Positions 38,354 through 50,783 of a stretch of DNA of 61,658 nucleotides are shown piece by piece (the first letter of the stretch is position 1; every line of letters begins with the position of its first letter). Made by a program: the position numbers and the translations under genes. The DNA lies in contig CAUSDR010000001.1 in assembly GCA_963530105.1 (NCBI GenBank), positions 1-61,658 of the forward strand, in the 5' to 3' direction. Below the pieces are notes generated by a model that searched no databases, had not been told where the DNA came from, and was given only the letters and a program-made list of their open reading frames with translations. The stretch is from an uncultured Janthinobacterium sp. (GTDB lineage Bacteria; Pseudomonadota; Gammaproteobacteria; Burkholderiales; Burkholderiaceae_D).

Positions 38354-39020
38354 CGCCTGCCGGCGGCAGGGAGACGGCCGCCAGCACCATGTGCGTGATC
38401 AGGTTTTCCGCCTCCTCGTAATCTTTGCGCGTGAGTTGCTTGCGCTCCAGCACCAGGGTCATCTGCGCTGAAAAATCCGCATATGATTGCGTCATGGCCC
38501 AGATGGCGAACATCAGGTGCGTGGCATTCACGGGTGCGATCTTGCCGGCGGCGATCCACGCTTCGAAGACGGCGATATCCTTGCGCAGCAGCGGCACGAC
38601 CCGGTCGCGTATCTGCGCGCCGTACAGGGGCGCGCCATTGATCACTTCCAGCGCATACACGCGCGACGCCCACGGCTGTTCGCGCGAAAAGCGCAGCTTG
38701 GCGCCGATGTAGGCGCGCAGCACGTCGGCCGGTTCATCTTGTCCGTTGGCCAGCATGTCCATGCGCGCCAGCCAGTCGTCGAGCACATCGTCAAGCACGC
38801 GCTGGTACAGCAGCTGCTTGGACGGGAAGTAATACATCAGGTTCTGTTTCGACAGGCCGGCCCGCTCGGCGATGGCGGCGATCGATGCGCCTTCGTAGCC
38901 GCTTTCGGCGAATACGCGCACGGCCTGTTCCAGGATGTCCGCTTCCAGGCGGTCGCGGTTCTGCAGGCGCCGGCCGCCGGCGTTTTTCACGGGAAGGGCA
39001 GGGGATTTGTCGCTGGCCAT
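38337..39020 (-). CDS. rutR: RutR/PydR-like TetR regulator of pyrimidine utilisation
   Basis: TetR HTH (SKQNLMYYFPSK), YIGAKLRFSR, EVINGAP and IWAMTQSYADF; adjacent to the pyd operon. Confidence 0.82.
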   Translation of the reverse strand: MASDKSPALPVKNAGGRRLQNRDRLEADILEQAVRVFAESGYEGASIAAIAERAGLSKQNLMYYFPSKQLLYQRVLDDVLDDWLARMDMLANGQDEPADVLRAYIGAKLRFSREQPWASRVYALEVINGAPLYGAQIRDRVVPLLRKDIAVFEAWIAAGKIAPVNATHLMFAIWAMTQSYADFSAQMTLVLERKQLTRKDYEEAENLITHMVLAAVSLPPAGEKKPP

Positions 39021-39030
39021 GGTGGGTTCT

Positions 39031-40500
39031 CTAGCGTGGGCGGATCGATTGCAGGAAGGCGTGCAGCACTGGCGTATCGGTGTAGGCCACGTTGAAACGG
39101 AACCACACCGTCTCGGGCGCGCGCAGCATGAAAAACTCGTTCGGCGACAGCAGGATGCCCGCCTTCAAGGCCATGTCGGCGATGATTTTTCCATTCCATT
39201 CCGGCGTCTGGACATCAGGCCAGCCGGCGCTGACGAACATGCCGCCACGCGGCCGCGCCACGGGCTTCATGCCCGCCTGCGCCAGGCAGTCGATGCTGCG
39301 TTCGCGTGCCGCGTCGAGCTGCGCCACCAGCCGTTCCACCATGCGCTTGTAGGGGCGCGCGGAAACGGCGTGGTAGACGGCGCGCTCGTTGATTTCCGAC
39401 GTCGTCAGGCCCGCCAGCATTTTCACGCGTACCAGTTCGGCCACCAGCGACGGCGAAGCGCAAATCGACCCGACGCGCAGCACGGGCGACAAGGTCTTGG
39501 AAAAGCTGCCCACGCGGATCACGCGGCGCAAGCCGTCCATGGCCGCCAGCGATGCGTCGCCGCGCGCCGCCAGTTCGCGGTAGATATCGTCCTCCACCAG
39601 CCAGAAATCGAATTGTTCCGCCAGGGCCAGCAAGCGGTGCGTTTGCGCCTGGTTCAAGGATGTGCCCAGCGGATTTTGCAGCACCGTGTTGACGAACATC
39701 AGCTTCGGCTGCGTGCGCGCCGCTTCCAGCGCCAGCGCCTCGAGATCGAGGCCCGCCTCGCCGCGCGCGATGCCGACGGGGATGCAGCCATGGTGGCGTA
39801 TCAGCGACTGCAGGTTGCTGTAGCCGGGGTCCTCCACCAGCACCGTGTCGCCCGGCTTGGTCAGGCTGCGCAGGATCAGGTCAAACGCATGCGTGGCGCC
39901 ATGCGTCAGCAGGACCTGGTCCGGCTCGACCTGGAACAGGTCTTCGGACAGGGTGGCGGCCAGGTGCTGGCGCAGCGAGGGAAAACCAAGCGGGTGGCCA
40001 TAGCCGCGCAGGCGGCTGGCGGGAATGCGCATGGCCTGGCGTACGGCGTCGAGCACCGTCGCCTCGCCATACAGCTCCGGCGGCAGCCAGCCCGCGCCCA
40101 CGGGCAGCGCTTCCGACACGCCCGAATACAGGTCCGGCGTGAGGGCGTCGATGGCGGTGGGATTGACAACGATATTGGCATGCAGGGCCGCCTGGGGCGA
40201 AGCGGCGATATCGTGGCGCGCGACAAAATAGCCGGAACCGCGCCGCGACGACAGCAGACCCAGGTTGACCAGGCGGTCATACGACTCGACGACGGTGAAC
40301 GTCGACACGCCATTGCAGCGGGCGAACTGGCGCACGGACGGCATGCGCGTACCGATGCGCAGGGCGCGGCTGCCCACCATGACGCTGATGGCGATGACGA
40401 TCTGCTCGACGAGGCCGCCCTTTTTCTGGCGGTCGATGTCCAGCACGGGCCAGCCACTGGCTTGCTCGGGGGCATCGTCTGTGCTGTCGCTGTGCTTCAC
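39031..40500 (-). CDS. MocR/GabR-family regulator (GntR HTH plus PLP aminotransferase-like domain)
   Basis: MPSVRQFA..VSTFTVVESY, RRGSGYFV, QNPLG, VEDDIY and GSFSKTLSP motifs. Confidence 0.92.
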   Translation of the reverse strand: MKHSDSTDDAPEQASGWPVLDIDRQKKGGLVEQIVIAISVMVGSRALRIGTRMPSVRQFARCNGVSTFTVVESYDRLVNLGLLSSRRGSGYFVARHDIAASPQAALHANIVVNPTAIDALTPDLYSGVSEALPVGAGWLPPELYGEATVLDAVRQAMRIPASRLRGYGHPLGFPSLRQHLAATLSEDLFQVEPDQVLLTHGATHAFDLILRSLTKPGDTVLVEDPGYSNLQSLIRHHGCIPVGIARGEAGLDLEALALEAARTQPKLMFVNTVLQNPLGTSLNQAQTHRLLALAEQFDFWLVEDDIYRELAARGDASLAAMDGLRRVIRVGSFSKTLSPVLRVGSICASPSLVAELVRVKMLAGLTTSEINERAVYHAVSARPYKRMVERLVAQLDAARERSIDCLAQAGMKPVARPRGGMFVSAGWPDVQTPEWNGKIIADMALKAGILLSPNEFFMLRAPETVWFRFNVAYTDTPVLHAFLQSIRPR

Positions 40501-40781
40501 GGTGGCTCCTTATGCTGCTCAAGTAACCCCCAATAAATTCTTGTGATTTCTGACTTCCATAACCGGCGCTCTGCAGCGTTGCCTGCTGCTAGCAGTGCTC
40601 ACACTGCGTCGCAACATGCGCCTTGCATAGCATCCGGTTCTGCTCGTCATAAATTAACAATAATTTCCCGAGAATTACCTAACACAAAACTGTAGTGGTT
40701 TTTTGACCTGTACGGTTGGGATACTTTGCCGTTTGTGTATCTGTGCCTTCCGGGGTGGCCTGACTATTATTACATCAGCTT

Positions 40782-40797
40782 TTTGCCAACTGGTAAA
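40782..40797. promoter_or_regulatory. RutR-like operator
   Basis: TTTGCCA-AC-TGGTAAA resembles the RutR consensus TTGACCAnnTGGTCAA; ~60 bp upstream of the pyd operon. Confidence 0.65.
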
Positions 40798-40858
40798 TTA
40801 TTTTACGCTTCGTCAAAAATGATCTGGCGCGGCGGCAGCCCATCCCAAGGAGAAGGTC

Positions 40859-42175
40859 ATGAACGAAACCAGACCGGAATCGATGTCGGCATTCTGGATG
40901 CCGTTTACGAACAACCGTGATTTCAAGGCCAACCCGCGCTTGCTGGTATCGGCCGAAGGCATGTACTACAAGGATGTCGATGGCAACGCCATCCTCGATG
41001 GCACGGCCGGCCTGTGGTGCGTGCCGTGCGGCCATGCGCAGCCGAAGATCGTCGGCGCGATCCGCGAAATGGTGGGCCAGCTGGATTTCGCGCCCACCTT
41101 CCAGATGGGCCATCCTGCCGCTTTCGAGCTGGCGGAAAAACTGATGGATTACACGGGGCATAAATTCGGCCACGTCTTTTATACCAACTCCGGTTCCGAG
41201 GCGGTGGACACGGCCTTGAAAATCGCGCTGGCGTATCACCGGGCGCGCGGCGAGGGGGCGCGCACGCGTTTGATCGGCCGCGAACGCGGCTACCACGGCG
41301 TGGGCTTTGGCGGCATTTCCGTGGGCGGCATCGGCGGCAACCGCAAGACCTTTGGCCCGCTGCTGCCGGGCGTGGACCATTTGCCGCACACGCATAACCT
41401 CGACAGGAACGCCTACACGGTGGGCGAGCCGGAATACGGCACCCACCTGGCCGACGAACTGGAGCGCATCGTCGCCCTGCACGACGCCTCCACCATTGCC
41501 GCCGTCATCGTCGAACCCGTGGCCGGTTCCACGGGCGTGCTGATCCCGCCGAAAGGCTATCTGAAACGCTTGCGCGAACTGTGCACAAAACACGGCATCC
41601 TGCTCATTTTCGATGAAGTCATCACGGGTTTCGGCCGCATGACGACACCGTTTGCCGCCGACTATTTCGACGTCGAGCCAGACCTGATGACGACGGCCAA
41701 GGGCCTGACCAATGGCATGGTGCCGATGGGCGCCGTGTTCAGCAAACAGTACATCCACGACGCCTTCATGGATGCGCCAGCCGGCATCGAACTGTTCCAC
41801 GGCTACACGTATTCCGGCCACCCGCTGGCTTGCGCCGCCTCGCTGGCGACCCTGCAAGTGTTCGAGGAACAGGACATCCTCGGTCACGCCAAAGCGATGC
41901 AGGCATATTGGAGCGACGCCGTGCACTCGTTGAAGGGCTTGCCGCACGTGATCGACTTGCGCAGCATCGGTTTGATCGCCGGCATCGAACTCGATCCCAT
42001 CGTGGGCAAGCCGGGCACGCGCGCCTTTTCCGCCTTCAAGCAGGCGTTTGCCGACGGCGTGCTGATACGCACGACAGGCGACATCATCGCCCTGTCGCCG
42101 CCGCTGGTGCTGGAAAAACAGCATGTCGACGAGCTGTTCGGCAAGCTGGCCAAGGTAGTAAAGAATCTCGACTGA
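40859..42175 (+). CDS. Beta-alanine/omega-amino acid:pyruvate aminotransferase (class III)
   Basis: FWMPFTNNR, DGTAGLWC, NSGSE, GYHG, FDEVITGFGR, TTAKG and HGYTYSGHP motifs. Confidence 0.92.
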   Translation: MNETRPESMSAFWMPFTNNRDFKANPRLLVSAEGMYYKDVDGNAILDGTAGLWCVPCGHAQPKIVGAIREMVGQLDFAPTFQMGHPAAFELAEKLMDYTGHKFGHVFYTNSGSEAVDTALKIALAYHRARGEGARTRLIGRERGYHGVGFGGISVGGIGGNRKTFGPLLPGVDHLPHTHNLDRNAYTVGEPEYGTHLADELERIVALHDASTIAAVIVEPVAGSTGVLIPPKGYLKRLRELCTKHGILLIFDEVITGFGRMTTPFAADYFDVEPDLMTTAKGLTNGMVPMGAVFSKQYIHDAFMDAPAGIELFHGYTYSGHPLACAASLATLQVFEEQDILGHAKAMQAYWSDAVHSLKGLPHVIDLRSIGLIAGIELDPIVGKPGTRAFSAFKQAFADGVLIRTTGDIIALSPPLVLEKQHVDELFGKLAKVVKNLD

Positions 42176-42194
42176 ACTACACACCCAGGAAAAC

Positions 42195-42239
42195 CTGGGG
42201 TCGGACCCTGAGGGACTCGGCGTCCCCGTCCGACCCCGG
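42195..42239. repeat. REP-like inverted repeat
   Basis: CTGGGGTCGGAC...GTCCGACCCCGG; same GGGGTCnGACCC core as 32522. Confidence 0.65.
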
Positions 42240-42273
42240 CGGTTGATTCGGGTTTAACAATAGAAAGTGCATC

Positions 42274-43776
42274 ATGAACACTCTCGACACCATCACTCAC
42301 TACATCAACGGCGCCAAGGTCGACACCACCAGCGGCCGCTACGGCGATGTCTACAATCCCGCCCTGGGCGAACCCGTGGCCCGGGTGGCGCTTGGCACCA
42401 GCGAAGAAGTCGACGCGGCCGTGCAGGCGGCCGCCGCCGCCTTTCCTTCCTGGTCCGCCACACCGCCCTTGACGCGCGCGAGGGTGCTGTTCCGCTACCT
42501 GCAGCTGTGCAAGCAGCACACGGACGACTTTGCCGCCATGCTCACGCGCGAACATGGCAAGACCTTTGCCGATGCCCAGGGCGAAGTGGCGCGCGGCATC
42601 GAGATGGTGGAATTTGCCGTCGGCATCCCGCAATTGTTGAAAGGCGAATTCACGGACCAGATTTCGCGCGGCATCGACGCCTGGTCCATGCGCCAGGCGC
42701 TGGGCGTGGTGGCCGGCATCACGCCATTCAACTTCCCCGTGATGGTGCCGATGTGGATGTTCCCCGTCGCCATCGCTTGCGGCAATACCTTCGTGCTGAA
42801 ACCGTCCGAGCGCGATCCCTCGGCTTCCCTGCTGCACGCCAAACTGCTGAAGGATGCGGGCTTGCCGGACGGCGTCTTCAACGTGGTGCAGGGCGACAAG
42901 GTCACGGTCGACGCCTTGCTCGACCATCCCGTGGTGCAGGCCATCAGCTTCGTCGGCTCCACGCCGATCGCCGAATACATCTATGCGCGCGGCAGCGCCA
43001 GCGGCAAGCGCGTGCAGGCGCTGGGCGGCGCCAAGAACCACATGGTGGTGATGCCCGACGCCGACATGGACATGACGGTCGATGCCCTGATCGGCGCGGC
43101 CTACGGTTCGGCGGGCGAGCGCTGCATGGCCATTTCCGTCGTCGTGGCCGTGGGCGACGCGGGCGACAAATTGATCGATGCACTGGCAAAGCGCACGGCC
43201 GCACTGAAAGTGCGCGACGGCATGGCCGATGGTGCGGAAATGGGGCCGGTGGTGTCGCTGGCGGCGAAGCAGCGCATCGAAAAATTGATCGCATCGGGCG
43301 TGGAGCAGGGCGCCACCTTGCTCGTCGATGGCCGCAACCATGTGGTGGCCGGGCGCGAGAATGGCTTTTTCGTCGGCGGTACCCTGTTCGACCATGTGAC
43401 GCCCGACATGCGCATCTACAAGGAAGAAATTTTCGGTCCCGTGCTGTGCGTGATGCGCGCGCCCGACGTGGTGCACGCGGTGAACCTGATCAACGCCAAC
43501 GAGTATGGCAATGGCGTGGCCATCTACACGCGCGACGGCGGCGTGGCGCGCGAATTCGTGCGCCAGATCCAGGTCGGCATGGTGGGCGTCAACGTGCCGC
43601 TGCCCGTGCCGATGGCTTTCAACAGCTTCGGCGGCTGGAAGCGCAGCCTGTTCGGCGACCACCACGCCTACGGCCCCGAAGGCGTGCGCTTTTACACGCG
43701 CCACAAGGCCGTGATGCAGCGCTGGCCCAACACGGCCAGCGCTGGTGTGGAATTTGCTTTTCCCCAGATGAAGTAA
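42274..43776 (+). CDS. mmsA: CoA-acylating (methyl)malonate-semialdehyde dehydrogenase
   Basis: [31 protein letters not shown] and GVNVPLPVP motifs. Confidence 0.93.
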   Translation: MNTLDTITHYINGAKVDTTSGRYGDVYNPALGEPVARVALGTSEEVDAAVQAAAAAFPSWSATPPLTRARVLFRYLQLCKQHTDDFAAMLTREHGKTFADAQGEVARGIEMVEFAVGIPQLLKGEFTDQISRGIDAWSMRQALGVVAGITPFNFPVMVPMWMFPVAIACGNTFVLKPSERDPSASLLHAKLLKDAGLPDGVFNVVQGDKVTVDALLDHPVVQAISFVGSTPIAEYIYARGSASGKRVQALGGAKNHMVVMPDADMDMTVDALIGAAYGSAGERCMAISVVVAVGDAGDKLIDALAKRTAALKVRDGMADGAEMGPVVSLAAKQRIEKLIASGVEQGATLLVDGRNHVVAGRENGFFVGGTLFDHVTPDMRIYKEEIFGPVLCVMRAPDVVHAVNLINANEYGNGVAIYTRDGGVAREFVRQIQVGMVGVNVPLPVPMAFNSFGGWKRSLFGDHHAYGPEGVRFYTRHKAVMQRWPNTASAGVEFAFPQMK

Positions 43777-43822
43777 GGGTTTCAGACGACAAATTGGCCG
43801 CACATAAAAAGAGGAATACGCG

Positions 43823-45190
43823 ATGATCGAGTCTTTGAACTATTTGCCGCATCCCGCCCTGCCCAACGAGGAACTGGCAGGCCATTTCACGGACCTGGCG
43901 CCGCCCTTGAACGCGCGCCAGGCGGCCATCGAAAGCGCCCGCTGCCTGTATTGCTACGACGCGCCGTGCAGCCGTATCTGCCCGTCGGAAATCGACGTGG
44001 CCAGCTTCATTCGCAACATTCACGACAAGAACATCAACGGCGCCGCCGCCGGTATCCTGAAACAGAATATCCTGGGCGGCAGCTGCGCCCGTGTCTGTCC
44101 GACGGAAATCCTGTGCGAGGACGTCTGCGTGCGCAACCACGACGCCGAAGGCCAGCCGGTGAAAATCGGTTTGCTGCAGCGCTATGCCGTCGACCACATG
44201 CACTTCGCCAGCCACCCGTTCAAGCGCGCGGCGTCGACCGGCAAGACGATCGCTGTCGTCGGCGCGGGGCCGGCCGGCCTGTCGTGCGCACACCGTCTGG
44301 CCATGCTGGGACACGACGTCGTGATTTTTGAAAAGGAAGACAAGGCGGGCGGCCTGAATGAATACGGCATCGCCAAGTACAAGCTGACGGATGACTTCGC
44401 GCAAAAGGAGGTGGAATTCCTGCTTGGCATCGGCGGCATTGAGATCCGATGTCGCCAGGTGTTGGGCGAGAACGTGCAGCTGCGCGACCTGCACGCGCAG
44501 TACGACGCCGTGTTTCTGGGCCTGGGACTGGGCGCCAGCCGCAAGCTGGGCTTGACGGGCGAGGATGCGCCGGGCCTGCTGGCCGCCGTCGATTACATCG
44601 CCGCGCTGCGCCAGGCCGCTGACCTCGCCGCGCTGCCCGTGCCGAAACGCGCCATCGTCATCGGCGCCGGCAATACGGCCATCGACATGGCCGTGCAAAT
44701 CCAGCGCCTGGGCGCCGAGGAAGTCACGCTGGTCTACCGGCGCGGCTTCGACGCCATGACGGCCACCCACCATGAACAGGACATCGCCAAGGCCAACCAG
44801 GTGCGCATGCTGACGTGGGCCCAGCCGCAGCAGGTGCTGCTCGATGGCGAGGGCAAGGTGGCCGGCATGCGCTTTGAAAAAACGTCCATGCAAGGCACGC
44901 GTCTGGCGGGCACGGGCGAGACGTTCGACGTGGCGGCCGACGCCATCTTCAAGGCCATCGGCCAGAGCCTCGACACCGAAGTGCTGCATGACCCGATGGC
45001 GTCGCTCCTGAAGCGCGAGGGCGACAAGATCGCCGTCGATGCGGGCTTTCGCACGGTGCTGCCGGGGATTTACGCGGGCGGGGACTGCGTGGCGCCCGGG
45101 CAGGACTTGACGGTGCAGGCCGTCCAGCATGGCAAGCTGGCCGCGCTGGCCATCCATTCCGATATTCTTTCCAAAGTGGAGGCTGCATAA
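43823..45190 (+). CDS. preT: Dihydropyrimidine dehydrogenase subunit PreT/PydX
   Basis: RCLYCYDAPC, CARVCP, GAGPAG, GAGNTAID and AGGD motifs. Confidence 0.92.
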   Translation: MIESLNYLPHPALPNEELAGHFTDLAPPLNARQAAIESARCLYCYDAPCSRICPSEIDVASFIRNIHDKNINGAAAGILKQNILGGSCARVCPTEILCEDVCVRNHDAEGQPVKIGLLQRYAVDHMHFASHPFKRAASTGKTIAVVGAGPAGLSCAHRLAMLGHDVVIFEKEDKAGGLNEYGIAKYKLTDDFAQKEVEFLLGIGGIEIRCRQVLGENVQLRDLHAQYDAVFLGLGLGASRKLGLTGEDAPGLLAAVDYIAALRQAADLAALPVPKRAIVIGAGNTAIDMAVQIQRLGAEEVTLVYRRGFDAMTATHHEQDIAKANQVRMLTWAQPQQVLLDGEGKVAGMRFEKTSMQGTRLAGTGETFDVAADAIFKAIGQSLDTEVLHDPMASLLKREGDKIAVDAGFRTVLPGIYAGGDCVAPGQDLTVQAVQHGKLAALAIHSDILSKVEAA

Positions 45191-46470
45191 TGGCTGATCT
45201 CAGCATCGAATTTTGCGGCATCAAGTCGCCGAACCCTTTCTGGCTGGCCTCCGCGCCACCCACCGACAAGGCGTATAACGTGGTGCGCGCGTTTGAAGCG
45301 GGGTGGGGCGGCGTGGTGTGGAAAACCCTGGGCGAGGACCCGGCCGCCGTCAACGTCTCGTCGCGCTATTCCGCCCTGTATGGCAAGAACCGCGAAGTGG
45401 TGGGCTTCAATAATATCGAGCTGATTACCGACCGTTCGCTGGAGATCAACCTGCGCGAAATCACGCAGGTGAAAAAGGACTGGCCCGACCGCGCCATCGT
45501 CGTCTCGCTGATGCTGCCGTGCGAAGAGCACTACTGGGCCGACATCCTGCCCAAGGTCGAGGCGACGGGGGCGGACGGCATCGAGCTCAATTTCGGCTGC
45601 CCGCACGGCATGCCGGAGCGGGGCATGGGCGCGGCCGTGGGCCAGGTGCCCGAGTACGTGCAGATGGTCACCGCCTGGTGCAAGAAGCACAGCCGCCTGC
45701 CCGTCATCGTCAAGCTGACGCCGAACATCACCGACGTGCGCATGCCGGCGCGCGCGGCCAAGGCGGGCGGCGCCGACGCCGTCTCGCTGATCAACACCAT
45801 CAATTCCATCACCTCGCTGGACCTGGACCGCATGGTGGCCTTGCCCATCGTCGGCGGCGCGAGCACGCACGGCGGCTATTGCGGCGCGGCCGTGAAACCC
45901 ATCGCCCTGAACATGGTGGCGGAAATCGCCCGCGATCCGCAGACGCAGGGCTTGCCCATTTCCGGCATCGGCGGCATTGGCAACTGGCGCGACGCGGCCG
46001 AATTCATCGCCCTGGGTGCCGGCTGCGTGCAGGTGTGCACGGCCGCCATGTTGCATGGTTTCCGCATCGTCGAAGAGATGAAGGATGGCCTGTCGCGCTG
46101 GATGGACGAGAAGGGTTATGAACGCATCAGCGATTTTTCCGGCAAGGCCGTGGCCAACACGACGGACTGGAAATACCTGGACATGAATTACCAGGTCATC
46201 GCGCACATCAACCAGGATGACTGCATCAAGTGCGGCAAGTGCTACGTGGCCTGCGAAGATACTTCGCACCAGGCCATTGCGCAGCTGATCGACGCCGCCG
46301 GCACGCGCAGCTATGAAGTCATCCAGGACGAATGCGTGGGCTGCAACCTGTGCGAAATCACCTGTCCGGTGCAGGGCTGCATCACGATGGTGCCGCAGAC
46401 CACGGGCAAGCCGTACATGAACTGGACGCAGGATCCTCGAAATCCCCGCGCGCTGGCGGAGACGGCATAG
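45190..46470 (+). CDS. preA: Dihydropyrimidine dehydrogenase subunit PreA/PydA
   Basis: FWLASAPPT, NNIELI, NFGCPHG, KLTPN; two C-terminal 4Fe-4S motifs. Confidence 0.95.
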   Translation: MADLSIEFCGIKSPNPFWLASAPPTDKAYNVVRAFEAGWGGVVWKTLGEDPAAVNVSSRYSALYGKNREVVGFNNIELITDRSLEINLREITQVKKDWPDRAIVVSLMLPCEEHYWADILPKVEATGADGIELNFGCPHGMPERGMGAAVGQVPEYVQMVTAWCKKHSRLPVIVKLTPNITDVRMPARAAKAGGADAVSLINTINSITSLDLDRMVALPIVGGASTHGGYCGAAVKPIALNMVAEIARDPQTQGLPISGIGGIGNWRDAAEFIALGAGCVQVCTAAMLHGFRIVEEMKDGLSRWMDEKGYERISDFSGKAVANTTDWKYLDMNYQVIAHINQDDCIKCGKCYVACEDTSHQAIAQLIDAAGTRSYEVIQDECVGCNLCEITCPVQGCITMVPQTTGKPYMNWTQDPRNPRALAETA

Positions 46471-46612
46471 GGCACGCTTATTGCGTGCGTTTATTTTATA
46501 AACAGCGGCGCGTCTTTGCAGTAAGCTAGATTACTTAAAAGCCGAGCCGTTTCCACATTGCCGTATCCCTGGCGCCTTTGCGCGCCAGCGGTCTCACCGA
46601 TGGAGCAACCCT

Positions 46613-48097
46613 GTGAACCACGACTACTCAGGCAACACGCAACTCTGGAATGAAGACCTGGCGCCCACCACGGCGGCGCAGCGCACCTGGCGCTGGTACC
46701 ACTTTGCCGCGCTGTGGGTCGGCATGGTGATGTGCATTCCCGCCTACACCCTGTCGGCCAGCCTGATCGACAGCGGCATGTCCGGCTACCAGGCCGTGCT
46801 CACGGTCTTTCTCGCCAACGCCATCGTGCTCCTGCCGATGCTGTTGATCGGCCATGCGGGCACCAAGTACGGCATCCCGTATGCCGTGCTGGCGCGCGCC
46901 TCGTTCGGCACGGCGGGAGCGCGCCTGCCTGCCCTGATGCGCGCCATCGTCGCCTGCGGCTGGTACGGCATTCAGACCTGGTTCGGCGGCCAGATGATCT
47001 ATACCCTGATGGGGGTGCTGATGGGCCATGAGCTGGGCGGCGAGAAGATCGCCGGCCTCGGGATCAACGGCAGCCAGCTGCTGTGCTTCCTGGCGTTCTG
47101 GGCCATCCAGTTCTATTACATCCTGCACGGCATGGAATCGATCCGCAAGCTGGAAACCTATACGGCGCCGCTGAAAATCCTCATCTGCTTCGTGCTGCTG
47201 TACTGGGTGCACAGCAAGGCTGGCGGCGTGGGCAGCCTGCTGGACCAGCCATCGCAATTCATCCCCGGCGGTAAAAAGGCGGGCCAGTTCTGGAGCGTCT
47301 TCTGGCCCTCGCTCACGGCCATGGTGGGCTTCTGGGCCACGCTGGCGCTGAACATTCCCGACTTCACCCGCTTTGCCAAGACCCAGCGCGACCAGGTGAT
47401 CGGCCAGTCGATCGGCTTGCCCGTGCCCATGGGATTGCTCGCCATGCTGGCCGTGATCGTCACGGCAGGCTCCGTCGTCATGTACGGCAAGGCCATCTGG
47501 GACCCCGTCGACCTGGCCAGCCGCATGACGGGCGCCGCCGTGCTGATCGCCCTGATCATCCTGCTGATCGACACCGTCAGCGTCAACCTGGCGGCCAACC
47601 TGGTGGGACCCGCGTATGACTTTTCCGCGCTGGCGCCGAAACAGATTTCGTACAAGATGGGCGGCTACATTACGGCCTTCATCGCCATCGTCATGATGCC
47701 GTGGAAGGTGCTCGAATCGACGCAGGGTTATATCTTCACCTGGCTGATCGGCTATTCTGCCCTGCTGGGGCCCATCGCCGGCATCCTGATCGTCGACTAT
47801 TATTTCGTGCGCAAGACGCAGCTGGACGTCAGGCAGCTGTACCGCGACGACGGCATTTATTCGTATGGCAAGGGCTGGAACATGGCGGCGCTGATCGCCT
47901 TCATCATCGCCGTGCTGCCGAACATTCCGGGATTTTTGAATGCCGCCTTTCCCGCGTCCTTCCCGGACGTGGCCGAAGGTTTTAAAACCATCTATACCTA
48001 CGCCTGGTTCGTGGGCGTGGCCATCGCCGCCGTCGTCTACGGCGTCATGATGAAGGGCAAGGTGGCGGCGCACGTGCAGCAGGCGCCGCAATCCTGA
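46613..48097 (+). CDS. NCS1 nucleobase:cation symporter (PydP-like)
   Basis: NEDLAP, GTKYGIPY, GWYGIQTW, ALNIPDFTRF; GTG start after GGAG. Confidence 0.92.
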   Translation: MNHDYSGNTQLWNEDLAPTTAAQRTWRWYHFAALWVGMVMCIPAYTLSASLIDSGMSGYQAVLTVFLANAIVLLPMLLIGHAGTKYGIPYAVLARASFGTAGARLPALMRAIVACGWYGIQTWFGGQMIYTLMGVLMGHELGGEKIAGLGINGSQLLCFLAFWAIQFYYILHGMESIRKLETYTAPLKILICFVLLYWVHSKAGGVGSLLDQPSQFIPGGKKAGQFWSVFWPSLTAMVGFWATLALNIPDFTRFAKTQRDQVIGQSIGLPVPMGLLAMLAVIVTAGSVVMYGKAIWDPVDLASRMTGAAVLIALIILLIDTVSVNLAANLVGPAYDFSALAPKQISYKMGGYITAFIAIVMMPWKVLESTQGYIFTWLIGYSALLGPIAGILIVDYYFVRKTQLDVRQLYRDDGIYSYGKGWNMAALIAFIIAVLPNIPGFLNAAFPASFPDVAEGFKTIYTYAWFVGVAIAAVVYGVMMKGKVAAHVQQAPQS

Positions 48098-48110
48098 TCT
48101 TCCCGCATAA

Positions 48111-49514
<1,404 letters not shown>

Positions 49515-49527
49515 CTAGGAGAACGGC

Positions 49528-50763
49528 ATGAGTGAACTGAGGATCAATGGCGAGCGCCTGTGGGCTGCCCTGATGGAACTGGCGCGCATCGGCGCGACGG
49601 CGAAAGGCGGCGTCAAGCGCCTGGCCCTGACGGACCTCGACAAAGAAGGACGCGACCTGGTGGTGGGCTGGGGACGGGAGGCCGGCATGAGCATCACCGT
49701 CGACCAGATCGGCAATGTCTTCATGCGCCGCGACGGCACGGACAACAGCCTGCCGCCCGTGATGACGGGCAGCCATATCGACACGCAGCCCACGGGCGGC
49801 AAATTCGATGGCAATTATGGCGTGCTGGCGGGCCTGGAAGTGGTGCGCACCCTGAACGATCTGAAAATCAAGACGCAGGCGCCCATCGAGGTGGCCTTCT
49901 GGACCAACGAGGAAGGCTCGCGCTTCGTGCCGGTGATGATGGGTTCCGGGGTATTCTGCGGCGCCTTTTCGCTTGAAACCGCCTATGCGGCGAAAGACAC
50001 GGAAGGCAAAACGGTGGGCGAGGAACTGGCGCGCATTGGATACAAGGGCGAACAGGTGCCGGGCGATCATCCGATCGGCGCCTACTTCGAGACGCACATC
50101 GAGCAGGGGCCTGTGCTGGAAGACGCGGACAAGATCATCGGCGTGGTGCCGGCCGTGATGGGCCTGTCGTGGTATGACTGCGTGGTGACGGGCATGGAAG
50201 CGCACGCGGGTCCCACGCCCATGGGCTTGCGCAAGGATGCGCTGCAGGTCGCCACCACCATCATGCAGGAGGTGGTGGCCATTGCCAACCGCTACCCGCC
50301 GTACGGGCGCGGCACGGTGGGCATGGTGCAGGTGTTTCCGAACAGCCGCAACGTGATTCCCGGCGAAGTCAAGTTCAGCATCGACCTGCGCAACGTGAAC
50401 GATGAACTGCTCAATACCATGCATGGCGAGATCACGGCCTTCATCGATGCCACGCGTGAAAAGACTGGACTGGGCATTACGCTGGAGCGCGTCTCCTACT
50501 ACCCGCCTTGCCCGTTCCATCCCGACTGCGTGGGGGCCGTGCGCAATGCCACGGAAAAGCTGGGCTACTCCGTGATGGACGTGGTCTCCGGCGCCGGCCA
50601 CGACGCCATCTATGCGGCCCGGCTGGCGCCGGCCGGCATGATCTTCGTGCCCTGCAAGGACGGCATCAGCCACAATGAAATCGAGGATGCCAAGCCCGAA
50701 CACCTGGAAGCGGGCTGCAATGTGCTGCTGCACGCGATGCTGGAGCGGGCCGTCGCCGTGTAG
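49528..50763 (+). CDS. pydC: Beta-ureidopropionase / N-carbamoyl-amino-acid hydrolase (M20)
   Basis: GSHIDTQP, DGNYG, NEEG, HIEQG, GAGHD and SHN motifs; last gene of the pyd operon. Confidence 0.85.
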   Translation: MSELRINGERLWAALMELARIGATAKGGVKRLALTDLDKEGRDLVVGWGREAGMSITVDQIGNVFMRRDGTDNSLPPVMTGSHIDTQPTGGKFDGNYGVLAGLEVVRTLNDLKIKTQAPIEVAFWTNEEGSRFVPVMMGSGVFCGAFSLETAYAAKDTEGKTVGEELARIGYKGEQVPGDHPIGAYFETHIEQGPVLEDADKIIGVVPAVMGLSWYDCVVTGMEAHAGPTPMGLRKDALQVATTIMQEVVAIANRYPPYGRGTVGMVQVFPNSRNVIPGEVKFSIDLRNVNDELLNTMHGEITAFIDATREKTGLGITLERVSYYPPCPFHPDCVGAVRNATEKLGYSVMDVVSGAGHDAIYAARLAPAGMIFVPCKDGISHNEIEDAKPEHLEAGCNVLLHAMLERAVAV

Positions 50764-50783
50764 CCGCGCCGGCCCGGGTCCGC

